A DNA stretch of 64,000 bases from Dicyema japonicum (taxonomy: Eukaryota > Animalia > Dicyemida): assembly GCA_011109175.1 (NCBI GenBank), contig RDEW01000003.1, forward strand, positions 2,181,761-2,245,760, written 5' to 3'. Below, piece after piece: positions 12,915 to 25,624 of this stretch. Below the pieces are notes generated by a model that saw only the letters and a program-made list of their open reading frames with translations, did no database searches and was not told the origin of the DNA. The first letter of the stretch is position 1. Each line of letters opens with the position of its first letter. Position numbers and translations under genes: made by a program.

Positions 12915-13688
12915 AATATGTAATATGAACACGTCGATGTGTATAATTTAGGTCACTTTTTATATTAATGAATTTATTTCTAATAATTTCAAACAAATGA
13001 TATTTATTTTAAATTTATAATTATATTTATTTTCATGAATTCATTAATACTGTAATGTTAACCGTCTTTAAGAATTTCATGGCATTTTATCGTAATCCAC
13101 CATTAGTCCTTCTGTTTTGTCGGAATCTTTAATGACCGAAGGAATACTTAATCAGCGATTTTCGTAAAATATCAAAAAACTATTTTATTACACAATCGAA
13201 TAAATTCTTGTTGTCAATTGAGTTTATGTGTCTTTAATTCTGAGTCTTCCAAGCGGGATCTTGAGAGATCTTGAGAGTTCTAGTGACTCTAAATGTTTTT
13301 TAATCGTACCTCGTAACATATAGTTGAATAAAGTCTATTTGGTTAACAAGATTTCTCATTCGACAACAAAAATTGTTATTGCTTTTTGAAAAGGAAACAA
13401 TGTTTGAAAAACGAACTACGTCGATGTCCTGATCCCCATGACCGTATACTCATGGAGCTAGAAATTATGATGATCACGCAAGAAATACGCAGATTAGAAA
13501 AAGTTAAGAAGAATAATTTTTTGAATAGCTCAGTGGAGCGAATTGTATCGAAAGAAACCCAAACTTTTTGGAAATAATAAATAACCGGACGTAAATCCAG
13601 AAAAGAAATTCAAATGTTGCAATGTCATGGTAGCCATTGAGATGCGCTCTCGAAGCCATCCAGTTTCACGTAGATCCTTGGTGACCCT

Positions 13689-14493
13689 TCGGACATCGAG
13701 GTTACTTATGAAAAGACATTTTCAGGGCTTCCTTCAAGGATGCAATCGTCCAGGTACCATAAATTGAGGGGAGTAGAAATATCTTGCACAATACGACCAC
13801 CAATAAAAAAAAAGGGGACCAAATGAGTCACCTGCTATACTCCCTTCTTGGAAGGAATGATTTCACTTTCTAAAACGAGAGGTGAGGATTCCAATATGAT
13901 AGGTGGACAAAAAGATGATATTTTTTTGGCGTTTTTTTAAAGCAAACATCAAGGATGATATCTTTTCTGACCGAGTTGAAAGCGTTCACAGATCAAATTT
14001 GAAAAGGACGTTTTCCTCAACTTCAATGATAGCCTTACGAACTCTCTAACCGTTTGGACCTCAGCTTGCATTCGCCTTTGACTCCCACATCAGCTATAAT
14101 GGACAAAAGTCGGCTGAATACTCACAATTACCCACAAGATATCTTTTCAAAAAGTCAACCGAAAACGTTACAGAGTGTAATAGAACGAATTCCGCTGTCT
14201 TTCACCCCAGCACAGTTAAATTTGCAGAAAATAGTAGTTTGCGACCAAAATCAGAGATAGTCTCAGAAAGCAACGCCTTCACAAGATCCAGAATTCTTCC
14301 GGATAAAAGTATATCAGACTGACCAACAGATTGGATGTCCGGGCTTAAGTCCATCAACTCCACCACTACTGCCACTTCAGAGTGATCGGAGGGGAACGAC
14401 ATGTGGGTTTACAAAGATCCTCTGGCATAGTAGGTGCTTTTCCTCCAGGAGAGAAATTGTCTCAGGATACCAATTCATTGGCTAGAATCGGTA
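13689..14493 (-). mobile_element. CRE-clade reverse transcriptase relic; inverted duplicate of 46036-46839
   Basis: Near-identical reverse complement of 46036-46839, including LNLWYLDDCILEG. Confidence 0.85.
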
Positions 14494-14548
14494 AAAACCG
14501 GCTCGAATTGTCTCAGGATAATGGAAAACCGGCTCGTGTCTCAGGATA

Positions 14549-15365
14549 ATGGAAAACCGGCTCGTGGTGAATGCAGAGAAGTCGTCTACGTCACTATTTA
14601 CCTCTGACAAAAGATTGGGAAGGAAGACAGTCAGCTTGAAAGTAAACAAGGTCGGCATCCCTTTCCACAGATGTCAAAGGATCTTGGGTGTGACAATTGA
14701 TATGCATCTCTGTTTAACACCTCACGTAGAAAACATTCTATTGAAATGCGAGAAACTGAACGTATTGAAAAGTTTATTGGGAATATGGAAGAGTGGTGCT
14801 CACCCAGTCTTGATGAACGTATACAAACAATACATCGAGCCATGTTTCTCATATGCATGCGCCTCGTGGGGACTGTCCATATCTTGGACAAATATGAATA
14901 CTATATTGGCCGTGTGGTGTTATGTGGCTATTTTGTCCAAAATTATTTTCCTTTTGATAGCGTCAATGGATCCACCCTACTGAAGAGACGCCCAATGCCT
15001 GGCCGGCATCAAGAGGATCTAACCATTCTTTCTCCGAGAGACAATGTCTTTACATGGAGAAAAGTTCTGGAACCTTGGAACGATTCAGGATTAAGGAGTT
15101 AGTTTGGTTACCCTTGGTCTTTGGAAATAATAATAATTTTAAATGAGGAAATGCAAAAAAGGGCTTACAGAGTAACGGAGCATTGGATTTGTGAAGATCA
15201 CCGAACCGGACCTACGCCTATGGAGGCCCTTGTGAGACTAGACTCCAGATCACGTGAAAGTGGCCCTGAAAATTCAGTCAGCCGTCCAGTAAGTTCATGC
15301 GTGGACACGTGGGAAGAACACCAGGCAAAGATGAGGTCGCTGTTAGTAGTGAATCAGGATCACGT
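14549..15365 (+). mobile_element. Ingi/I-group LINE RT thumb relic; inverted duplicate of 44745-45330 with a ~245-nt insertion at ~14897-15140
   Basis: ENRLVVNAEKS...RILGVTIDMHLCLTPHV...YKQYIEPCFSYACASW; matches ORF 44748-45326. Confidence 0.8.
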
Positions 15366-15419
15366 GATAATTAGTTTGGTTTTACCGTGGTCTTGGGTTG
15401 TTAAATAAATTAAATATAA

Positions 15420-15680
15420 GAACCTGGTTTGGGACGCTACAAGTGTTGATGCATACTCTCAGAAAAATTTTGGTCACTTCTCGGACCCAGGTCATGCTTC
15501 TAAGCAAGCCGAGGATAAGAAGGAAAGGAAGTACCGAAGCATTACTGAGGATCACTTATGTTGAGACGGCAATCTAATCCAAAGGGTCATCAAGGATCCA
15601 CGTGAGACTAGATGGCTTCGAAAGCGTATCTCGATAGCTATAGTCAGAGGAAACAACGTGGCCATTCAAGCTCTCTAATT
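15420..15680 (+). mobile_element. CRE-clade RLE relic
   Basis: LVWDATSVDAYS...ASKQAEDKKERKYRSI...RETRWLRKRISIAIVRGN. Confidence 0.75.
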
Positions 15681-16329
15681 TCAACTTGCTAAGTTGAATG
15701 AGGAACTGTCTGACCCGTAATCAGTTCGGATCTCCAAGAAAAGTTCTACGGTCACTTCCTACTCTATCTCACTTCCGGGAGGAAAATCAGGTTTTGACCA
15801 TTCACCAAACCTAACTATTTCCCTTCCTGAAGAGATTCTCAGGCTTGGGCCTGCTCACTTTGATGTACCCAAGTAAGCCTCCAGCAATCACACCATGGGG
15901 TTTGAAGGCCGCCACCTTTACTGATTTGTTTATTATAAACAAAGAATATATGGCTTGTTATGCATCTACCCTTATCTCCATATATTGACTAGATTACATG
16001 TGTTCTTACTTTTTTAAACTTTTTGCAGCCTGATTCTACAACCAGGGCAAAATACCTCGAAGTGGGCATAGATGGTTTCTGGGATACCTTCCTGAGAGGT
16101 TTATAAATTTCAGAAAGTTTTAAACATGGATTATGGCAATGTTCAGTTCTAGTTATTTGTTTAACAGTTGATTTCATTCATAAAATCTGAGAACAAGACT
16201 GACAAATAAACACCTGTCATTCCTGATCACGGTCGGAGTGCTAATAAATTTTTGCTAAATAATTTAGAATTCACGGATTTGGTGACTGTTCGTTTCTATA
16301 CAGGTAATAAGGAATTGAAGGCAGAACGA

Positions 16330-16403
16330 CCAAGTAAGGTAACATTGTAGTAATCGAACCCACAGCTAAATCGACGCTAGTGACTAACCACTACACTACC
16401 TGA
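16330..16403 (-). mobile_element. tRNA-derived SINE-like head
   Basis: Minus strand GGTAGTGTAGTGGTTAG (A box) and GGGTTCGATT (B box); no complete cloverleaf. Confidence 0.5.
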
Positions 16404-16442
16404 TATTAAGCATTAATGACAACAAGCCAAAATAACAATAAA

Positions 16443-19400
16443 TTATGTCACAAGGGAATTACACAGCGTTTCAAGTCTGTTATCCCCATCAGCAGAACAA
16501 AACTTTTCGAAGTCATTCAACAAATTCATAGTAAAACTCGTGATAACTCCTGAACCATAGAACATTTGGCTGGATATGTGTAGAGCATTGACCTCATCAC
16601 CATACATCAAATTCCAGGTCCAAATGAACCCAGGAACCTACAATTAAACATCACATCAACATTCAAAGAAGGATGAACTGCCGTGTGATACACGTGCAAC
16701 GTAGAAGGGTCATATATGGGTAACACCAGAACGTGCCCAGTAACATGAACATAGTAACACTTTGCATTCGTCCTGCTCGTGGGGGACTGGACAAAATCAA
16801 CGACGCGGTAGAAGCCGTAGCTAAACTTAAAAGACGGTCTCACCCTTTGAGGATCTGATTCTGAACAGTCACCAAATCCGTGAATTCTAAACTCTTTAGC
16901 AATCTAACTCTGTTTGGAAATCAATTCAACGTTCAACGGAATGAAAATCGGAGCACGGAAAGGGTCGATGATCGACTTGTTCTTAAGGGGAAGGGATCCG
17001 ATGGAATGGGGGTAAACTTGAATTTATTATCAGAACAGGCGTCACAACACATATTAATCTAGAATCAGTCAACTCCCACTATATTGTGAAGATAGTCCCC
17101 AGAGATAGAGACCCAGTCAAATTCGATGGAGAATATCGTGTTCTCCAACAAGAGGGAGTTCGCGGACAACCTAACAAACTGTATCAGCTTGGACTGGTCA
17201 GTAGAAGCGAAACAAATGAGAGAATCCTTCAGGGATATCTCCGAGGAAGATATTTGCTCATTTTCCGTCAAAATCTCAACCTGCATGGGATAGAACGAAA
17301 AATGGTTATATGTTGGGGAGTTCTTTTGTCCAAAAAGGCTAAAAAACGTGATAAATTAGTCAACCTTGTTTTTAAATCGCTTTTAGAGCGGAGGTAGTAC
17401 AAGTGGAAACCGTAAACAAAACGAGGGGCATTCCCCACATTCTCAATTGGTCTTATATCCCCGTTATTAAGAAGTTTCTGGAAGATAGAAATCGTTGTAT
17501 TAAAAGTTATTTGAGCCTTTGGGGAACTGGTAAGCCAGACGACTGCATCATAGCCCGTGAAACAGTCCAAGTGAGGTTCTTTCCCCATTAATGAGGAAGG
17601 AATGGAAAACAAGTCCTAAAACACCACCAAACAGCAACTTTGGTAATCTCATGACTTTGATGATCTCCGAAACATTCTGGGACTGTCCATTAATGTTTTG
17701 GCACATTCTATGGAATATTACACAAACTGAACTTGCATGTATTTCCCTCGTGGTACTACTAATGGAACACACCAAATAACCTTAATGTCCTGAAACTCTC
17801 CCGTGGAATCGAATCCAGTGAGGGATTTGAGGATCATCACTATAAGATTATTTTGTTTGGGGATATTCGGAAAGTTGGGGGAAAAACGGCTGAAATATAA
17901 GTTATAGCTACCTCTTGTTGGTAAAATAGCACATTTCCGAGGGGATTATGGCGAACCTCGATCTCCAATACCGATGCATCTAGCTTACTACCAATGTGGG
18001 TACTTGGCTAAACACTCCGCCCAAGGAAATGTCTCTTATATAGTTGTCCAGAAAATTCCAATGAAAGTCTTCTTGGTAAGGAGTCGAAAAGTTAATGAAC
18101 GTCTGCGTGAAGAAGGGGACGTCGAGGTGTCGGATATGTGATTTATACTCCACGGAGAACTGATTTCCTTTAGGTCTAACAGAAAGGGGAACAAATTACT
18201 CTGTTTTGCAGATCATCACGTTGATGAAGTTCTCGTAACGACGAAGGTAGTGGAAAGTCAGCCCATCAGAGAGTCTATATTCGTCCTGAAGACTAAGTTA
18301 AAGAATACGTCAGAGGAGTTCTTTCTTAGATCAACAAAGTTCCCCTTTGAATCGGAGGGACTGTACCGCTTCTCCACCAATTGAAAGTCCTAAAATACAC
18401 CAAACCTCCTAACCCGGGACATCCGCTGAATAGACAGTTCCTTCATGAGGAGCTGTGGGGATTCATAGTAGTTAGAGACAGTGGCTGGGGGATTAAAATG
18501 GAGGAGAACCAATGGAAGCGAAATCGATCTCGTAGTTAATGTTCTTATAGTTTTCGAGGCAGATGGGCCAGTAATCCGTCGTTGGGGGAAGCAGATGGGC
18601 CATGATGAAGCTTTCGAGAACCTCAGACTGAAATGTAATGGAAATAACATTGTCGTAACATTCCCTATGTTTTTACTAGAAAATTACATCTCCCTACAAT
18701 TTTAAGACAGCATTACCCTGTTGTGTGCAATATCCCAGATGACATTTCAGGGACTCTGGTTTCCCCAGTATCTTCCATCTTTAAGTCAAATGACATAAAC
18801 TACGGAAAACATCTGCTGATTGGAAAATCTTACAGAATGGTCTGTCCTGTCCACAATTTCTCTAGAGTCGTCTAAAATAGTTAATATGGTCTACAGAAGT
18901 AAAAAACATTCCTCCACCGCCAATTACTCGCATCCAATGGGTCAGACCTGTTCCTGACCACCTTTATTGGGTTTTCAGAGCATTTAAGATCAATGGCGTG
19001 CTCAGAAGTGAAGGAGGCCATGATTGTGTCGGGCAAATTGGACCTTCTGTTGGAAGAGGGGGACGATTTTGGTAAATCTGCATACTGGGAGTTGCTGGTA
19101 GCTAGCAAATGATTCCAATCAGTACGGGAGAGGTGGTAGTTCTCAAATGACAAAGTTATGGGAAAAGAAGATGTCACAGGACTCTTCCTTTGCGCACTTT
19201 GGCTGACAGTGTAATTAGAAGAAGTGTCAATCTGGGTCATTGCAGAGCGGATAAAATACTCCAAAAGTCCTAAAATATCCTAAATTCCTACTTATTTGCT
19301 GATTTTCATTAATTGGGTGCTATAATTAGTAAATTAACAAAACCAGCATGTTTTGGACGGAAAAGAACGTCTTCTTCGGATCCCTATTATGATTCAAGTC

Positions 19401-20905
19401 AGATATGTAGAATCTAAGCTAAGGATGAGCCAATACGAGGGATTAATCCACATGGGGGTGTAATAAGAGTATTTATCATTTATAGGGTTGTAGAACTGTC
19501 AAATAAAGCCATAAACTACCACAAATAGAGGACTGGAGTGGAGAGCGGGACGTTCTAAGAACACAATATCGATGCAGGTTCCTTAGACAGTAAAGCTGAA
19601 CAAAACCCAAAATAAGAGCCTTTTTCATCGCAATTAGGGTTAGTTTCTTGGAGACCTCAAAAAAGCAATGTCCGGCTGTCACAAAAACTACAACCTGGCC
19701 TAATCTACAGAAGCTTCTATCGTTGTAATATTTGTCGAAGGCTAAGGTCACAATTATAGCCAACCATCGAGAGAGATGTTCAGAGTCTCCAGCAGGTTTC
19801 CTTGAGAGGCCAAAGAAATCACGTGATTCGGCATGTCGTACCCCGCGTGGATTGACCTAATCGACTCATCAAAGTTATTGAAGGCCGTTTTGAGAGAGTC
19901 TATCGCTGACTTCCAACCAGTGAAAGAAGACCTGCGTAGAAGAACCCTAGAATAGCAAGAAGGGGGCATACCAGTGTATGTCCTCGTAAAAGGTACCATG
20001 ATCGTCTACATTGATGCTGGAACGAACAGGCTCAGGGAAATCCTCTATTGACTTGGCGTCGTACAGAATGCGAGAAAAGTAGACAATGTTGACTGTGTGG
20101 TAGCAGCTATACTCCTCCCATTTCAGGAATAAACTCCTTAAGAACTCGTCCACTGCTTTCTGATAATAAAATTCCCCATTTTCGCTGAATGTCCACATTT
20201 CAGCGCTCATTTGTAGATGAATATAAACAACAGCACTTTTTGACCTAAAATTCACCTTGAAGTTAGCTTTGAGCCAAACCTGAGAGGGTTTCCTTATGAT
20301 TCCGAACTTTTGGGGCTTCTTTTTCAGGAAGAGAGCCTCGACCGAAGCTCTGTGATTGCTTTACAACATATACCTCCAACACAGCACGTTTGTAGGGAAG
20401 TCAACATAGAGTAACTTCCCGATCTGAAGTTAAAACATTTCCTACCATTTCAAGCTGCCAGGTCCTCAGGTCGCCTCGACTGAGATATTGCTTCTTGAAA
20501 CTCACCTCAGCATAATCCACTATGTATTTCTTAAATAAGGTAGTATAGTCACTTCTCCGGAAGCTGGTCTTAGTGAAACGATTTCGTTGGGTTTTAGGTC
20601 TAGTTTTATCATCAGGGATGGACACATCATTATAGTGTCTTTAGTTTAGACAAGTGTGGGCAACCTTGTTGAATTTCAACCCAAGAGTCGGGGTTGACTT
20701 GAAAGGGGAAAATTCTCTGGTAATTAACTTAAAAACTGATTATTTTTGTAAATCATTTCTAGAATGCTGTCGGTAGGAAACCAAATCTGAAGACTCTTAT
20801 CAAGGTAAAGAAGGGTGTTTGTGATTATTTTTGTGCCTTAAATGAAGTAACAAATATGATACTTTTGGTGGGAAATTCTGCCAGTTTTTTATCAATGCTA
20901 ACCAT
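16443..20905 (-). CDS. DEPDC5: GATOR1 subunit DEPDC5/Iml1, multi-exon
   Basis: FRSKSAVVYIHLQMSAEMWTF...FLKWEEYSCYHTVNIVYFSR, SQGNLLETLN, C-terminal YVHVTG and LLNDFEKFC...DNRLETL. The start codon is inferred. Confidence 0.92.
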
Positions 20906-21059
20906 AATGACAATTCAACAAATTTATTTTAGTTTTAAATTAAAAATATTCTTTAAAAACTTAAAATAAGCAATATTAAATTTTATTTAAAAATTAAAAA
21001 ATTAAAATTTATCCCCACAACAAAAACAATAATTGTGACTGCACACCATTAAGTCACGA

Positions 21060-21345
21060 GATCATTAGCTCTCGTTGGAGACTTTTTGGACACGGCCTGT
21101 GGTTGGACCAGATATCCCCATGAATATTGCAGTGGAAGATTACTACTCCTCCAATGTGAAAGCTTTCGTGGAAGATCGATAACAATTTTCCCGGTCGTTT
21201 TACAAAACGATTTTGAAAGACGTGAAGAAAACATTGGAATCTGGTGACGATCTGGACTCACTGAGGGACCTAGCTAGGAACAGAAGAGCTTGGAGCAAGC
21301 TAACTAATTCTCTTACATTTTTTGCTGCACATGCGGGGCTATAAA
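21060..21345 (+). mobile_element. RTE LINE 3' fragment
   Basis: RWRLFGHGLWLD, similar to RWRLFGHVLRMD at ~36260. Confidence 0.6.
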
Positions 21346-21719
21346 TATTATGGCTCTCGTGATAGTGCTAATAATAACAAAAACAAACTACTTTCCCACT
21401 TAAAAATATTAAAAGTTGATTTTTCACATTAAAAAAGGATAAGGCGCACGAGGGACTGGTCGAAGAAAAGATGGAAAATATCTTATGGAAATTTCTTCTC
21501 TTGTGCCGGATTCCTTTGTTAACCGTTTTGTTAACCTCGTTTTCTTTTCCTCGTCTTGGTCCTTAGTGTATCAAAGAATTGTTCGAATCCAGAACCAATT
21601 GAGAATTCACATGATTCATTTTTAAATAGATAATTATAATTAGGGTTGAAGAGTTGGTGGGGGGCTTTTAAAGAAATTCTTCTTGATCCTTCAGATTGAG
21701 GAACTTGACCAATATTTCA

Positions 21720-22010
21720 TACAAAGAACTCAATCAGCCCTTTCGGAAACGGACGACTTGAACCGTCGTGCTTGCATTCTGTCAGTTTCTTCTCCCACAG
21801 CGGTGCTTGGTTGAACGCGTTTTCATCATCTTCAATTAATTCCTTTCTGAAACAGGACGCCCTCCGTAATGGGATATCCATTCGTCTCGGGATCGACCTG
21901 TGCCAGCCTCATCCGTGCATGTGGACTGCATAAAGTTTCACTCGCTCTCTTGCTGTTTCAGCGATGGCTGGTTCCCGAGGCATGCCGTCATCAACAGAGT
22001 TGTGAAGTGA
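21720..22010 (+). mobile_element. CRE-clade relic (zinc-knuckle region)
   Basis: SGAWLNAF...ISIRLGIDLCQPHPC...HSLSC...PRHAVINRVV. Confidence 0.7.
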
Positions 22011-22404
22011 TCACTTAATAAAAATTAAAATGAGATAACATCCATGACAATCTATTAATGTCATGTGATGAATTGAACTGCGAAAAAAGAAGATGGTTCG
22101 ATCCCACACGTCCTGCGGCGGATTGACCAGGAAAGCCTTCGCTTTCATTGCTGACTTGCAACCATGCCTCTCTTATGGAAGAACGAGTTTCTCAACTCAA
22201 CGCTTGTCCTCCGACAATGAGCACATGGATCATCAAAGTCTAATTGAGCTGATTTCGAACCTGACTTATACACGAAGACTACTTATCAGAATCACCAAGG
22301 CGGGCACCATTTATCTACGTTATTGAGAAAGCTGTCTCCCCGACGACCTTGAATACTGGATATGCCCATTCTGCTTCTTCCTATGTCAGCGCTTATCGAG
22401 CGAC

Positions 22405-22930
22405 ACCCAAATCTCCCAAACGACCGACAGATCCCTCCTTCCCCTGGAAAACGCCTAGTTACTTGTATCTGAAGAGGACGTAACAAGAAGTATACCTTCC
22501 GTTGTTCAAAGCAACAGTGGAGGACTTGATGAACTTCGTCGCGGACACATCAAGGACCTCATTTCTCAGAACACAGGCAGCTCTGGCTTGTCTCGGCAAT
22601 CACCAAACTATTGAACATAATGGTCCCCGTGAAACTCACTGAAACAATCTCCCACATCATGTTCTCTCCCCAACTACTGGCTTTCTATAAAAAGAGTCCC
22701 ACCTATTGCGGTGTGTTTTGTTTTTCGCCGCCTAGAGTCAAGGACAGTCCTCCCAGGTTCGTCTAACACCTGCAACCAACCCATGTTGGAGTCAGCACTT
22801 TGGGAGGTTTTTAAGCGATAATTCATGCTATGTGGACATTGGCACAACACTAAAAGAGTATTCCGTATATTATCCTCCAGATTGACATGAAAAATGTCGT
22901 TAACAGCATACGCCGTGGTGTAAACCTGGA
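22405..22930 (+). mobile_element. CRE-clade RT relic
   Basis: SGGLDELR-type motif and a KNVVNSIRR segment; DNA similar to 24800-25100. Confidence 0.55.
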
Positions 22931-23379
22931 GTCAAGATGATTCTTCATCTCCCTACTGAATCATCTACCAATAAAACAGAGTACGAGGAAGTTTGACCGC
23001 AAGAAGAGTCACAAGCATCTGAAGCCCAAATGAAACAGATAGACTACTATAAAATCCTAAGGAAAAGAAAGCAGAGAGAGCTAAGGAAAAGAGTATAAAT
23101 GACTCCTCGACCGCTTTACTTTTTGTTTAGTCTGCTCACAGATGAAACATCCGACTCCCTTCCGCCCTCGACGTTCGAATTCCTGGGTCGTCTAGGGAAT
23201 CGGAGTTCTACACGCACATGTTATTTGTTACCATTTTGAATTGATAATACTGAGCTGCTTCGAGCCAACTACCGACGAGCAACAGTCACACCAAGAGGTA
23301 TGTTGGATAGCACAAAACAATCTTTTCTCTAATTTTCACAATTATTTCCTTTACTGAAGCAATTAGGATATCTACCTCG

Positions 23380-23610
23380 ATTTTCTTAGTATTCGTCCAT
23401 GATAATGAAGGTCCCCACGAAGTACACGCGTACGAGAAGCATGGTTCAATGTATTGTTTGTAGATATTCATCAAGACCGGGTGGGTACCGATCTTCCATA
23501 TTCCAGAAAAACATTTCAATACATTGATTTTCTTCTCGCACTTCAGAACAGTGTTTGTCACGTGTGGTGACAAACATAAATGCGTATTCAGTGTCATGCC
23601 CAGGATCTTC
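23380..23610 (-). mobile_element. Ingi/I-group LINE thumb fragment
   Basis: HLCLSPHV...YKQYIEPCFSYACTSWGP, same family as 14549 and 44748. Confidence 0.75.
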
Positions 23611-23884
23611 TGACATTTATCTCTATGCTGAACACATAGGATCGCTTATCATAAAGGGGGAAAAGAATGAATGCATTTTGTCGAATCTATCTATTTCATT
23701 TATGAAGACTGTTAGACAATTTATCAATAATACACAGCGCAGTTCTAAACATGTATGATGTTGTCGTAATTGTTCACGATTAATCATTTGCACATCAAAC
23801 TGTGGTTGAAATTATTAGTCCTGAGATCTCAATATACTTTCGTGTAGAAAATAGAATTACCTATGAGTTCGATTAAAAAGCACA

Positions 23885-24138
23885 ACGTTTCCCCCGTGTT
23901 TAGACATGCAAAAGCGCTGGCTTCAATGAAAGTTTCGAGCAACATTTTCTGTGTCAGATTTTCTCAGTCTCTCTCCGAGCATTGACAGGTACATCGTAAA
24001 GTTGGGATTTCCTTGGGCTCCGTCCAGCATTTCGTCAAGATCAACCTCGTTTGGACTTATTTCTGCTAATAATAAAGATAGGTTTCCCACTTAAATTGTT
24101 GTAGGCGTTGCTAAGGTCAATCTTTGAAATAATTCCGA
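23885..24138 (-). pseudogene. myosin regulatory light chain fragment with retained mini-intron
   Basis: GIISKIDLSNAYNNL|25-nt intron|EISPNEVDLDEMLDGAQGNPNFTMYLSMLGERLRKSDTEN...SAFACLNTGET resembles MRLC ([25 protein letters not shown]...NAFACFD). No N-terminus is visible. Confidence 0.7.
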
Positions 24139-24589
24139 ATCTCAATGCTTTTGCTTTACATGTGACCCCGTCATCAGTGAACATTGTTCTTTACTTAAAT
24201 AAAAGTGTGTGCCCTGCCTGAGAGGAGCTATAGATAATATGGGTCTGCGTATAAATGCAGTTTGACAAGTTGTGGAAAACTGTAATACCAACACATGGTT
24301 GTGGGGAAATACCAAATGGAGGAACAGGTTGGAACCGAAAGACAAAATATGGGATTATATTTATCTATAAGATTAGAACAGTATTATATTTTTTGGGGAA
24401 AAACCAAATCAATTGTTATGATTACACATTCTGAGAGATCTTAGAGACATTGCTTTGTTTCTGATTTAGTTGATCATTCTTACCTTGTCGAATGCCTACA
24501 CAGTCTGTGTATGCCTCTGTGGTGCATTGCTTTGTACTAGCTCTGGTTAGTAGGTGGAGTATTCATTTGAACTATAATAGGCAAAATCA

Positions 24590-25190
24590 GGTTAAACTTA
24601 AGAGGGGGGTCCTTCAGGGTGATAGTATGTTCCCGATACTCTACGTTTGGAGTTCTTTGAGACCGCAATATTTTTTGGGTAGATCAACAAATATATGTCC
24701 CCATTGTAAGTTAAGGGACATGTCGGTTGATCAGTTAGCTACTCGGAGTGGGTCCATGCTCTACCACGACTATGTGTGGAGGAAAAAAGAGGTAATTAAA
24801 AGTCCCAAACCCCCAAACGATCAACAGATTCCCTTTTCCCGTGGACAAACGCCTAGTTTACTTGTATCTGAAGAGAATGTAACAAGGGGTATATTTTCCT
24901 TCGTTTCAAACAGCAGTGGATGGACTTTGTCCTGGACATCAGTCCTCCCATCTTTGTCGAACACCTGCAACTAGCCCATGTTGGGGTCGGCCCTTCGAGT
25001 GGTTGTGAAGCGGCAATTTATGTTGTGCAGACTTTCACACAACACTGTTTGAGTATTCTGTATTTTTCCATCAAGATTAACTTCAAAAATGCCTTTAAAA
25101 GCGGCTTTACTTTCCGCGCGATTGTCGTAGAGACAACAGGAGCAATAAGCAGTAAGTCTCCAATCTTCCTCAAAAAACTCAGACGTATTG
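24590..25190 (+). mobile_element. fused relics: R4/Dong-like (RT plus CCHC) followed by CRE-clade RT/RLE
   Basis: LKRGVLQGDSMFP and CPHCK..VDQLAT..MLYHDY; then HVGVGPSSGCEAAIY...KINFKNAF and IVVETTG. Confidence 0.65.
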
Positions 25191-25624
25191 ACTCGCTCAG
25201 AAGTATGATGACAGCGAACGGAAGGGCTTATCCACTTGGTCTTTTAAGGAAAAGAAAATGTGAGAGTGGAGAATGTTGGAGTAGGTTAGGAAATAAGGAT
25301 TTTTGATCTCAATGGTCATAGGAACGTTTGCTGGACTTTCCTATTTTTCTAAATTCTTGGCCTCAATAATATTCATTGCTCTCCCAGATTTCATAATAGG
25401 TTCCCTTATACTCCTATTTTAGCCAATTTGGAGATACTTTTGTTATCTCTGCTAATTTTGACGCTGAAGAACGGCCCAATTTAAAATTCCATAGAAAACA
25501 GTAAATAGTTTACATATTTGTACACGTGCGTGCATAATTTTGCCCAAGGCATTATCGAGAATACAGAGCAGAGAGGTAATGTAAGCCTGGATTTTGGTTA
25601 TGTCACTTGCTAAAAATAGGCCAC

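Larger units (their letters stand above)
6528..13393. repeat. direct tandem triplication, unit ~2.28 kb (starts ~6528, 8811, 11100)
   Basis: Each unit begins aagaactcgttttcaaatcacgcc and ends gttattgctttttgaaaag. Each holds a LINE relic (YADDI at ~6948 in unit 1) and one LAMP-like gene. Confidence 0.98.

Noticed and set aside
6528-13393. Array as CRISPR, satellite or LTR structure
   Set aside because: The units are 2.28-kb gene-containing segments with no spacers or LTR termini.
17086-18705. Plus-strand ORFs opposite DEPDC5, and similar antisense ORFs over RRP12 and HSP90B1
   Set aside because: Shadow frames of real genes with no independent motifs.
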